Source: Poseidonia sp. (GTDB taxonomy: Archaea > Thermoplasmatota > Poseidoniia > Poseidoniales > Poseidoniaceae). Taken from it: 64,000 bases of DNA. This document shows positions 38,265 to 47,585 of this stretch, one piece after another. The DNA lies in contig CBFIDD010000001.1 in NCBI GenBank assembly GCA_965661285.1, forward strand, positions 530,776 to 594,775, read 5' to 3'. Positions within the stretch are counted from its first letter, which is position 1. Each line of letters opens with the position of its first letter. Position numbers and translations under genes: made by a program. A model generated the notes under the pieces. It did not search any database, had not been told where the DNA came from, and worked only from the letters and a program-made list of their open reading frames with translations.

Positions 38265-39297
38265 GGGCTGACAGGTCAATGGGGGCCGCATCCAACATCA
38301 AGACGCCAGGGAGAAACAGGTTCTCACAGAATCCATGTCGGAACATGATAGCTCCGCTGCCCCATTCCTCAATGTAGCGATTCATCTGTTTCTTCATCTT
38401 CTTGCGCTGAAATTCCACGTCTGCGCCGTAGAAATGTTTGGCATCAATCCACGCCACGGGCTGGTCGTTGATGTACACATGGTCGAGAAAGAGTAAATCG
38501 GGCGTACGTACCGGACGACCCAAAAGTTCGGATTGTTCCTTCACCATCTCAGGTTGGCGCCGAAGGCGAATACCCTGAGCTTCAAACCAATCCGCAAGAA
38601 GGTCTTCAAACAGGTCAGCCTTGACCTGAGTTTCGGACTGGTCAACGCTTGAAACACGGTCAGCAGCCTCGGCGGCTTCGAACTCATCGCGCTCTCGCTG
38701 CTTCATTGAGGACGGGTTGCGCAGGCTATCCTTGATGCGTTTTTTTGACCAACCCATGGCTTCCAACACGACCCTGAAGATGTTCATCGGAGGAAAATCG
38801 TATTTTTTTGTCAACGCCAAAATGGACGTCCCCGAGCGGTAATGCCGTGCAAGTTCTCGCGACTTGGATTTCAATTTATGATGCGAATAAACCGTCTTTT
38901 GTTGAAGCAGTGCGGAACGCAACGAAAGGGCTTGGTCAAGGGTCATCGCCTCGCCTTCCAACTTCGCGGCGATGGCGTCCACGCCCTCATCGCTCAACCA
39001 TCCAAATTCACCTCTGTTGACGACAAACGAAGCCACGCGCTCTTCTTCCTTGAGGGGGACGGGTTCGGGCTTCCAGGACAGGTGAAAGGTACGCGGTTCG
39101 TCCATGTCTTTGGGAAATGCCATGGGCAGCGGTTCTCGCTCAAACCGCTCCTCCGCCGCCAAATTCATCGAGGCGATTTCCGAGGCAAACCGTTCGGTTT
39201 GCGTCGCTCGCTTTGGACCACCGTACCGGCGTTTTGAGGCACCGCCTCGGCGTTGAGAAGAGCCGCGGTGCTGCCGAGGTCGTTCACCCATGGCCAT
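38248..39297 (-). CDS. TPD-domain (CDIN1/C15orf41-like) PD-(D/E)XK nuclease-fold protein
   Basis: FE..L..W.....I, RTPDLLF, WIDAK.FYG, Q..RY...WG.GA..F..GF. Confidence 0.8.
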   Translation of the reverse strand: MAMGERPRQHRGSSQRRGGASKRRYGGPKRATQTERFASEIASMNLAAEERFEREPLPMAFPKDMDEPRTFHLSWKPEPVPLKEEERVASFVVNRGEFGWLSDEGVDAIAAKLEGEAMTLDQALSLRSALLQQKTVYSHHKLKSKSRELARHYRSGTSILALTKKYDFPPMNIFRVVLEAMGWSKKRIKDSLRNPSSMKQRERDEFEAAEAADRVSSVDQSETQVKADLFEDLLADWFEAQGIRLRRQPEMVKEQSELLGRPVRTPDLLFLDHVYINDQPVAWIDAKHFYGADVEFQRKKMKKQMNRYIEEWGSGAIMFRHGFCENLFLPGVLMLDAAPIDLSALTAED

Positions 39298-39380
39298 CTG
39301 TTTTTGGCGACACTCAATGAAGGCTCCCCCGGGAAGCGCACACACGACGGGTTCTTATGCAAGAGAGCGATGGTGAAACC

Positions 39381-42056
39381 ATGCGTTTGAAAGTTACACT
39401 CTCGGTGTTGGTCGTTTCCATGTTGATCGCATTCCCCCTCTCGTGTACGGACGCACAACCTCGACCCGTGGTTGAAGATGCTTCCCTGCAGGCGTTCAGT
39501 TCTGCCGAAAATCAAAGCGGATGGTTGGCCACTGCAGGGGGTTCAAACCTTGAGCGCATCACCAGCATCCTTCCGCTTTCAAACGGAAGCACCATTGTTG
39601 GGGGTGATTTTCAACAAACGATCGATTTCAACGGAGACGTGATTGGTTTCGCAAGCGAGGACTCTGATTTTGGCGTTGATTTTTTCCTTGCATGGCTGGA
39701 TGAAAACGGGACGTGGACCAACACGATGACCGGTTTCAGCGTCGGTCTGGACAGTGTTGATGCCCTCGCACAACTGAGCGATGGTACCGTTTTGGTGGCG
39801 GGCAGTTATTGTGGAATCACAAAAGAAGACGCCTGCAACATGACATTGGGTGCTTTAGAACCGCTTGAAAAAGCGGATGATAATCACGAGAATGCAGTGT
39901 TTTTGGCAGCCATGACACCGCTTGGAGAGTGGATGTGGGGCACTTCGTACTCTACCGAGTACGAAATATCCGTTCTGGACATGATGGTTGATCAAAACGA
40001 CGAAATCCATCTTGTTTTGAAACACAGTGGCATGTTGGACCTCGGAGATGATGTATTCCTCGGATCCGGGGTTGAAAGTACGCTTTCGCTCCTCGTGCTG
40101 GATCATCTCGGCGACCGTCTGTATTTCAACGAGGTCATCTCGAGCTACGACATTGAGTCATGGGGCTCTCTTTGTCTTGACGGAACCGGACAAACCTATC
40201 TCGCCTCCACGTTTGTTGATTTGGTAAGATTTGGCACGCACGAAGTTTTCAGTCAAGGCGGCTCGAACATCGCCATCGCTCAGTACAACTCTGGTGGCTG
40301 GTTGTGGGCGTCGGGTGCTGGAGGCGCCGGTGATTCAACGGTGGTCGATTGTGCGGGGCGCCCGGACGGAGGTGTGGCCGTCGTGGGTGATTTCCTACAA
40401 AACATGACCTTTGGAGATATCGAACTCGACCCTGCCGTGTGGGTGGACTTCTACGAAGCGCACCTCTCGCAAAACGGGACGTGGTTGCACGCTTCTGGTT
40501 TTGGAGGGAATGGAGCAGACCACGCTGCTGCGCTCAAGGTAACCGAGCAGGGAGATTCCATCATCACCGGAAAAACCACCGGTTCAGTTACCCTTGGGGA
40601 ATTCCTCTTGAACGACATTGACGGGGTCAATGACGGAAATCACTACGATGTTTTCCTCGGTTTACGGCAAGCGAACAGCGATTGGGATTGGGCCATCGTC
40701 GTCGGTGGTCAAGGTAATGATCTCCCCCATGAGTTAGAGATGAGTTCGTCCGGGTCGCCAGTGATATCGTTCAGCTCAAATCAAGACGGTGAATTTGGCA
40801 CCCACCTGTTCGATCAGCGGGATCAATACGATGTCGGTGTGTGGTTGTACGAGACCGATTTGGATTTTGACGGGGTGCTCGACGGTGTTGATAACTGTCC
40901 AAAAACAGTCAATAGCGACCAGGCCAACTTGGACAACGACGCTTTCGGTGATGTCTGTGATGACGACATCGACGGTGATGGTGTGTCAAACACCGACGAC
41001 GACTGTCCCACAGGCGACATGGGTTGGGCGGCAAACAGCATCTCCGACCACGACAGCGACGGTTGCAGGGATTTGACCGAAGATTTGGACGATGATGAAG
41101 ACGGCATCTTCGACGAGCAGGATCTTTGTCCAAAAGGCCCCGTTGGATGGGTTTCGACCGAAGAAACCGACATTGAATCCGATGGTTGTTCGGACGAAGA
41201 CAACGATAACGATGGGTTCGTCGACCAAGCCGATAACTGTCCGGCCATGGCCAACCCAACACAAGCGGACCTTGACAACGATGGTGTCGGCGACGTATGC
41301 GATTTGGATAAAGACGGTGATGGCATTACCATTCCCAATGATAATTGCCCGAACGATATCAATTCATGGATTTCGTTCAGTTGGAACGATTACGACAGCG
41401 ATGGGTGCTTGGATGACGGGGCCGATGAAGACGATGATGATGATGGTGTTCTCGACACGAACGATGATTGCCCACTCGGTGAGAAAAATTGGGGCGACAA
41501 CGCCTCAACCCTCGACCACGACGGCGATGGGTGTCATGACGATCTTGAGGACGAAGACGACGACCAGGACGGTATCAAAGACCCCATTGACCGGTGCCCA
41601 CGAGGCCTCATTGGGTTGGCGCAAACCGGACAAGACAACGACGGCGACGGGTGCATCGATGCGGTTGAGGATGACGATGACGACCAAGACGGTGTGCTTG
41701 ACCCGCTCGACCGATGTGCAAACACCGACCCTTCCCAGCAAGTCTCCTCAAACGGGTGCAGTCAATACCAGTTGGACGATGATAACGACGGCGTGGTGAA
41801 CGCCTACGACTTCTGTTTGGATTCACCTGTTGGAGCGGTGGTCGACGAACGCGGATGCGGTGATCGGGCGGTCGAGCCTGCGGGCGAAACCGACAGCAGT
41901 GGTTTCGGTTTGGCAGGCGCTTTCTTCCTTCTCACAGGCATCATCATCGTCTATGCCGTCTACCTCAACAACAAGCGACCAGGCCCCCCACTTCCAAAAC
42001 AACCGGTTGGTTTTGAGGCGCCGCCCGAGCGTCCTGCGATGGACGAAGAAGCGTAA
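39381..42056 (+). CDS. Surface protein: beta-propeller-like N-terminus, thrombospondin type-3 repeats and a C-terminal TM
   Basis: Signal peptide, W...GG...D repeats, many DxDxDG/DxCP repeats, C-terminal TM helix. Confidence 0.92.
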   Translation: MRLKVTLSVLVVSMLIAFPLSCTDAQPRPVVEDASLQAFSSAENQSGWLATAGGSNLERITSILPLSNGSTIVGGDFQQTIDFNGDVIGFASEDSDFGVDFFLAWLDENGTWTNTMTGFSVGLDSVDALAQLSDGTVLVAGSYCGITKEDACNMTLGALEPLEKADDNHENAVFLAAMTPLGEWMWGTSYSTEYEISVLDMMVDQNDEIHLVLKHSGMLDLGDDVFLGSGVESTLSLLVLDHLGDRLYFNEVISSYDIESWGSLCLDGTGQTYLASTFVDLVRFGTHEVFSQGGSNIAIAQYNSGGWLWASGAGGAGDSTVVDCAGRPDGGVAVVGDFLQNMTFGDIELDPAVWVDFYEAHLSQNGTWLHASGFGGNGADHAAALKVTEQGDSIITGKTTGSVTLGEFLLNDIDGVNDGNHYDVFLGLRQANSDWDWAIVVGGQGNDLPHELEMSSSGSPVISFSSNQDGEFGTHLFDQRDQYDVGVWLYETDLDFDGVLDGVDNCPKTVNSDQANLDNDAFGDVCDDDIDGDGVSNTDDDCPTGDMGWAANSISDHDSDGCRDLTEDLDDDEDGIFDEQDLCPKGPVGWVSTEETDIESDGCSDEDNDNDGFVDQADNCPAMANPTQADLDNDGVGDVCDLDKDGDGITIPNDNCPNDINSWISFSWNDYDSDGCLDDGADEDDDDDGVLDTNDDCPLGEKNWGDNASTLDHDGDGCHDDLEDEDDDQDGIKDPIDRCPRGLIGLAQTGQDNDGDGCIDAVEDDDDDQDGVLDPLDRCANTDPSQQVSSNGCSQYQLDDDNDGVVNAYDFCLDSPVGAVVDERGCGDRAVEPAGETDSSGFGLAGAFFLLTGIIIVYAVYLNNKRPGPPLPKQPVGFEAPPERPAMDEEA

Positions 42057-44882
42057 TCACGCATAGACAACGGCCGGTGAGAGCGGCATGGCTGAGCCTG
42101 CTCGTCCGGTATCGTCAACATCGCTTTCCCCCACCACGACCTTGACCTCGTTCAGTTGAAGTTCATCCGCGATGAACGATGCGGCCGCGATGAGAACCGC
42201 TTCCTCGTCCAAAGCCGAAGCGATGACGCTGCGAGATGCATCGTCCCACTTGAAGATCTGTGGAAGCATTTTCTTGCCCCAGAAGCCCATCATCTCACCC
42301 TTCCGTTCGCCTTGGGCCATTGGCATGGCTTGAAGCACTGGGATGAATTGTTTGGGATGACCGCCCTCGCCAATAAAGGAGAGGGCTGCGGTCGCCATTT
42401 CCCGCTTCCATTCGGGTGAAACCACGAACGTGGCAGCGGTGGCAGGACCGCCCAAATGACGCTCAGCGACAACGCGAACTTTTCGTGCTTGATCGAGGAT
42501 ATCTCGGATGTATTGCTCGCCGGAAAGCAGCAAATGTTGTGCTTCGGACACCGGTTCGGGAAGCGTCATGATGCTCCCTGCAGCCAAGCCAGAAGTTGAT
42601 GAGAACGTAGCCCACCACTCTTCGGCGAGGTGAGGCGTGGAGACGGAGACCATCTGTGCCCACAACGGCAGCCATTTTTCAGCAACCGCGACATGACCAC
42701 CGCCTCGGCGTACGTACCAGTTGATGTCCTTGATGACCTCATAATGAGACAGTTCAACCGCTCGGCGAAGGTCGTAGGTGTTCATGGCCTCGTTGAACTC
42801 ATGGAGACGCTGGGTAAACCGTGCCTCGAGCCAGTCGTCCATATCCGAAGGGCCGTTTGTCCACGCCATGAGTTGCTCGGGCATCCCACGCATTTGCAAC
42901 ATGACGCGATGATTGGCGTCGAGCGCAGCGTCCGACCAATCCATACTTGCTGTAGGGTTGGCGGCGAAGAGAATGAACAGCCGTACGGTATCTGCACCGT
43001 AGCGTTCAATCATCTCTTCGGGTGATACGGTGTTGCCAAGCGACTTGCTCATCTTGGCGGAGCGCGAGCCCAACTCACCATCGCAGTGAGGGCACGGCGA
43101 ACCCCTGTGGGCCGTTGAGAGGGTGACACCGCAGGATGCGCAGAAGGGCGCCGATTTGTTGACCATGCCCTGGCAAAGGAGTTCGTTAAACGGCTCGTCG
43201 ACGGTGGTAAGGCCGAGGTCTCTCAGGGCTTTGGTCATGAAGCGAGCGTAGATGAGGTGCATTTGCGCATGCTCAATACCGCCGCAATAAAAGTCGACTT
43301 GCATCCAGTGGTCAGCCACGTGCTTCGCAAAGGGTTGGTCGTCGTTGAGGGCGTCGGTGTAGCGCAGGAAATACCAGGACGAATCCATGAACGTGTCCAT
43401 GGTATCGGTTTCCCGTCGGGCATCATCGCCGCAGGTCGGACAAGCCACATTGAGGAAGGTTTCCGATGTCTCCAACGGATTGCCGTGGCCGAACACAACG
43501 TCGCGAGGGAGTTCAACGGGCAAATCCTTCTCCGGTACGGGCACCACGCCGCACGAGGGACAGTGAATGGCTGGAATGGGGGTTCCCCAGTACCGCTGAC
43601 GAGAGATCAGCCACGGCCGAATCTTCCAGTTGATGGTTTGCTGCCCACGTCCTTTGGCTTCAAGGGCTTGGCAGACGGCAACCTTCGCTTCTGCACCGTA
43701 GAGCCCGTCAAAGCCTTCCATTGGACTGTTGACCATCCAGCCGAGGTCAACTTCGGCCTTCTTCATCGGAGCAGCTGCATCCCCTCCTTCAGCCATCACC
43801 AGGACGCGTTGAATGGGAATATCGTACTGTTGAGCGAAATCAAAATCTCGCTCGTCGTGCGCAGGAACGGCCATCACAGCGCCTGTTCCGTAGGTTGCGA
43901 TGACGAAATTGCCAAACCAAATCGGGACCTGCTCGCCGGTCAGAGGATGAACGGCGTAGCGTCCGGAGAACACGCCTTTCTTCTTGTTCATGTTCTTGAT
44001 GCGGTCAAACTCCGAGGCGACCGCCACTTCGTCGTGCAGTGCACGCCAAGCCGCTTCGTGCTCCGTGCCCTTGACCAAGGATTCGGCGAGGGGGTGTTCG
44101 GGGGCGAGCGTGACGAAGGTCGCTCCGAACAGCGTGTCCGGGCGCGTGGTGAAGACTTCGATGTCAGCCTCATCATCGACGATGCCAAACAGAATGTTGG
44201 CACCCTCTGACCGACCAAGCCAGTCCTGCTGGAGTGATTTGACGTTCTCGGGGAACTCGATGGCTTCGAGGCCGTCCTGAAGTTCTTGAGCGTAGGCTGG
44301 AAGATTGAGGAACCACTGGCTCATTTCCTTTTGCAAGACCGGGCCGTTGCATCGCCAGCAGCGTCCCGCTTTCACCTGCTCGTTGGCCAGTACGGTGACG
44401 CAGGAGGTGCACCAGTTCACCGGCGCATGTTGGCGTGTGGCAAGGCCGCTTTCCATGAATTTCGTGAAGAACCACTGGTTCCACTTGTAGTACCTGGGGT
44501 CGTGGCTCTTGAGGGTTCGACGCCAATCATAGGAGAACCCCATGCGCTTGATTTGGGAGGTGATGGATTCCATGTTCCGCTCGGTGATGTCGTGGGGGTG
44601 GCCACCTTCGGAAATGGCTGCATTTTCTGCAGGCATTCCAAAAGAATCGAAACCCATCGGGTAGAGAACATCATAGCCCATCAAGCGCTTATGGCGCGCA
44701 ACGGCATCGCCGATGGAATAGTTTCGCACGTGGCCCATGTGCATTTTTCCCGACGGGTAGGGATACATTTCGAGACAGTAGAATTTGGGCCGGTCACTGC
44801 GAATGTCAGCATGAAAGAGACCGGCATCGTCCCATTGTTTCTGCCAACCAACCTCGTCTACTGGGGCCGTTTCGGTTGGCAT
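42057..44882 (-). CDS. leuS: Leucine--tRNA ligase
   Basis: MYPYPSG.MHMGH, GFDSFGMPAENAA, VFTTRPDT, GTGAVMAVPAHD.RD, SRQRYWG.PIP, KMSKS. Confidence 0.97.
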   Translation of the reverse strand: MPTETAPVDEVGWQKQWDDAGLFHADIRSDRPKFYCLEMYPYPSGKMHMGHVRNYSIGDAVARHKRLMGYDVLYPMGFDSFGMPAENAAISEGGHPHDITERNMESITSQIKRMGFSYDWRRTLKSHDPRYYKWNQWFFTKFMESGLATRQHAPVNWCTSCVTVLANEQVKAGRCWRCNGPVLQKEMSQWFLNLPAYAQELQDGLEAIEFPENVKSLQQDWLGRSEGANILFGIVDDEADIEVFTTRPDTLFGATFVTLAPEHPLAESLVKGTEHEAAWRALHDEVAVASEFDRIKNMNKKKGVFSGRYAVHPLTGEQVPIWFGNFVIATYGTGAVMAVPAHDERDFDFAQQYDIPIQRVLVMAEGGDAAAPMKKAEVDLGWMVNSPMEGFDGLYGAEAKVAVCQALEAKGRGQQTINWKIRPWLISRQRYWGTPIPAIHCPSCGVVPVPEKDLPVELPRDVVFGHGNPLETSETFLNVACPTCGDDARRETDTMDTFMDSSWYFLRYTDALNDDQPFAKHVADHWMQVDFYCGGIEHAQMHLIYARFMTKALRDLGLTTVDEPFNELLCQGMVNKSAPFCASCGVTLSTAHRGSPCPHCDGELGSRSAKMSKSLGNTVSPEEMIERYGADTVRLFILFAANPTASMDWSDAALDANHRVMLQMRGMPEQLMAWTNGPSDMDDWLEARFTQRLHEFNEAMNTYDLRRAVELSHYEVIKDINWYVRRGGGHVAVAEKWLPLWAQMVSVSTPHLAEEWWATFSSTSGLAAGSIMTLPEPVSEAQHLLLSGEQYIRDILDQARKVRVVAERHLGGPATAATFVVSPEWKREMATAALSFIGEGGHPKQFIPVLQAMPMAQGERKGEMMGFWGKKMLPQIFKWDDASRSVIASALDEEAVLIAAASFIADELQLNEVKVVVGESDVDDTGRAGSAMPLSPAVVYA

Positions 44883-44967
44883 AGGGAGTCACCGTCCACT
44901 GGACATGCCTTCCGAATCGCCAACACGCTATGAAATCCACGCTTGATTTCGGCCCCAAAGCCGCACA

Positions 44968-47526
44968 TCAACGGGCATCGTCGTGGGCGAAATCCGCACT
45001 GGTTTCCAATAAGAAAATCGCTTCTCGCGTGAGTTTGTACCGGTTCTTCACGCCCATTTTTCGGCGTTCGACCAGGCCGAACTTCTGGAGCGTTCGCAGG
45101 TGGTGAGAAATCAATTGCTGGCTCTTTTCCAAGCGCTTGGCGAGTTCAGCTTGTGTCGGGAATTGACCCATGCCTCCGTCCTCGTCCAAGAGGTTGAGGA
45201 TTTTCCCTTGCAGGCTGTTTGGATCTGGCGAAAGTGGAGGGACGGGGAGGTCTGCTTCCTTGGTGCTGGGATTGAGTTGATTCGTGAGCGGGTAGAAACG
45301 AACGAGCCGCCCGTCGTTCCTGCGCCAAACGTGTTCTTCGGCTTCGAGTATTCGCAAGTGGTGTGTGATCTGCCCGTTGCTCATCTCAAGTGCGCTCATG
45401 AGGGCCCGGAAATGGCAACCGGGGTTAGCCGTCAAGTAGCCCATCAAGCGTCCGCGCTGATAGCGCCCATCGGTGGTTTCGTGTGTTTTTCCTAGAAGAC
45501 CAAGGAACCACAAGCCGGCCACCGTCGCCGGAAGCCGTAGCGCTTCGTTGGTGGTGGCAGCCACGACAAAAAGTGAAAGGATGGAAGCGGTGATGACAAC
45601 GGAAACAACCGCAACCGCAGGGCTTGATTGGACCAAAGGTGTTTCTTCTGCAATCGGTGCTGCAACCACCGGCTTCTCCTCCGTGGCAAGCGATTCTTCC
45701 ATGCGAACCTCAACCACTTCCACGGAAGGAGCGATGAAGCCCGCACAAGCAGGTGATGGGTCGGCGAGAACGACCAGGTAGAGGCCTTGGGTTTGGGCGT
45801 TTGGCGACCACGCAGGAAGGGTCTTTGCGTTGGAGAGCAGATGGGTCGCTTCGCCGTCATCCATGACAAAACACGTGCCCTGTTCGGTGGAGATTTCAGC
45901 CCATGTGCCAAGGAGTTCAAACTCCTCATTCACAAGCGGGGCATCTGCGGTTGTTGTCGCATCATCCTGGTGGTCTTGCGGCCAAGAAAATGGAAGCGAT
46001 GTCGTGGATTTTCCCGTTGCCAAAATATTCACTTGAACGGTGTAAACCCCCTCAGGAATGATCGCTGTGCCGTCTTGGACCAAATCGATCACAGGCGAAT
46101 CAAAAACCAAGCCATCGGGGGACGGCGGGACCAAGATTTTCCGACCTTGGTTGAACGTACAAAACATCGGGAGAGCGTGAGCAATGTCACCTTCTGCGTC
46201 AAAGAAGATGGCCTCAAAGGTACAGGGTTCGGTGAGACGCACATATTCACTTGTTTCACCCGATAACCCAACGGAGAGGTTGATGGTGCTTTCATCAAGC
46301 CATGTCAATGATGCGTCAATACTGGCTGTAATCGCTTCAGCACATGTACCAATATTTTGGGAAAGATAGTGAATGGATTGGCTTGCAACCAGTCCGTGTT
46401 CAGGTACCTCAGCGACGACGATGTAGGTACCAGAAGGCGCAGCGCACCCATCGTCAAGGTAGAAGTTCCACTGGGGCAGCGATAGCCGTGCTGGCTCTTC
46501 GCTGAGGGCAAGTTCCAATTCAATAGCGGCGCAGGTCTTGGATTCCCTTGAATCAAACACGATGTTCCCCACGTCGTCGAGAACCCACATTTCGGCCTTG
46601 CATGACGTTGTAAATTCAACCACCACGGGATCGACATCTGTCGAGACGAGGAGGACCTCGCTTCGCAACTGGTCCCCCTGCTCAAAGATGGAGTCTGTAT
46701 TTCCGCTTACTTCAACCGACATCGCAATGGACGGACTCGGTGAAGACGTTGTTGAGGTTTCCTCGGCGGAGGTGTAGGTAAACTCTGCACCGGGCGTGGA
46801 GATTGTAACCGCTTCGTCGGGGAAGGCGAGGACCTGCTCGACAAGAATCGATTCCCCGGGTATCAACGTTGCTCCGCTGTTAAAACACGATGAGCCAAGA
46901 CGGTAATGCTGACCCCTTTGAATCTCGAAAAAGCATGTTGGAGTTGTTGACAAATTGACGGTCGAGGAGGTAGGATTGTACAAACTGACGAGGTGGGCAC
47001 GCGGCCCTTCAGCATCCGGTCGCTCCGTTGTGATGACTGAGAACGCCAATCCATCTGGAACAGCGACTGGTGTTTGCACGACGACGTCCTGCGTGAAGGT
47101 CAGGCCACTTGAGTGGTAGAGTTCAACGGTGTACTGGCTGCTTTCCAACCACTGACCTTCGGTGTCTTTCATGGACCACGCAACGGGGTGAAACGATACC
47201 CTTTCTCCGGCGAAGACGTCCATGCCTTGCTCACGGACCGGACAGGCATCCATGCCGTTCACCACCTGAGCGCCCGAGGTGTCGTACACGTTGTAAACAA
47301 ATGGACAAACGGGGTTCACGGTCAGGGAAGCATCAGGTCCGTTGTTGACCAGAGTTGGTGTCAAAATGAGGGGGTGCTGTGGCGAATACCACGCTGTCTC
47401 CGGCGGTGTATCCTCGCTGACTTCAAGCGTGAGTTCACCCGAATCAGCCGACGCCATGCCGATGAAGAGCGAGGCGAACAACAGCCCCACCAACACCAAC
47501 ATTCGGCCTGCCGGCTTCTCGCCCAT
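44968..47526 (-). CDS. Membrane-tethered transcriptional regulator: extracellular Ig-like repeats, TM and tandem winged-HTH
   Basis: Signal peptide, repeated Cys-paired beta domains, TM, then RG...Y...NPG.HF..L......NG...HHL and TQAELA..L..SQQLISHHL..L...GLV. Confidence 0.85.
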   Translation of the reverse strand: MGEKPAGRMLVLVGLLFASLFIGMASADSGELTLEVSEDTPPETAWYSPQHPLILTPTLVNNGPDASLTVNPVCPFVYNVYDTSGAQVVNGMDACPVREQGMDVFAGERVSFHPVAWSMKDTEGQWLESSQYTVELYHSSGLTFTQDVVVQTPVAVPDGLAFSVITTERPDAEGPRAHLVSLYNPTSSTVNLSTTPTCFFEIQRGQHYRLGSSCFNSGATLIPGESILVEQVLAFPDEAVTISTPGAEFTYTSAEETSTTSSPSPSIAMSVEVSGNTDSIFEQGDQLRSEVLLVSTDVDPVVVEFTTSCKAEMWVLDDVGNIVFDSRESKTCAAIELELALSEEPARLSLPQWNFYLDDGCAAPSGTYIVVAEVPEHGLVASQSIHYLSQNIGTCAEAITASIDASLTWLDESTINLSVGLSGETSEYVRLTEPCTFEAIFFDAEGDIAHALPMFCTFNQGRKILVPPSPDGLVFDSPVIDLVQDGTAIIPEGVYTVQVNILATGKSTTSLPFSWPQDHQDDATTTADAPLVNEEFELLGTWAEISTEQGTCFVMDDGEATHLLSNAKTLPAWSPNAQTQGLYLVVLADPSPACAGFIAPSVEVVEVRMEESLATEEKPVVAAPIAEETPLVQSSPAVAVVSVVITASILSLFVVAATTNEALRLPATVAGLWFLGLLGKTHETTDGRYQRGRLMGYLTANPGCHFRALMSALEMSNGQITHHLRILEAEEHVWRRNDGRLVRFYPLTNQLNPSTKEADLPVPPLSPDPNSLQGKILNLLDEDGGMGQFPTQAELAKRLEKSQQLISHHLRTLQKFGLVERRKMGVKNRYKLTREAIFLLETSADFAHDDAR

Positions 47527-47585
47527 GTGAAAACATGGCCCGTTCTCCTTTGAAAGGTCAGCGGTGCAAACGATGCGTGAAGCAC

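Noticed and set aside
40850-41870. Repetitive GAC/GAT-rich DNA as a CRISPR array or tandem repeat
   Set aside because: These are degenerate codon repeats of thrombospondin type-3 (DxDxDG) motifs, with no fixed repeat-spacer period. The same applies to 48000-49800.
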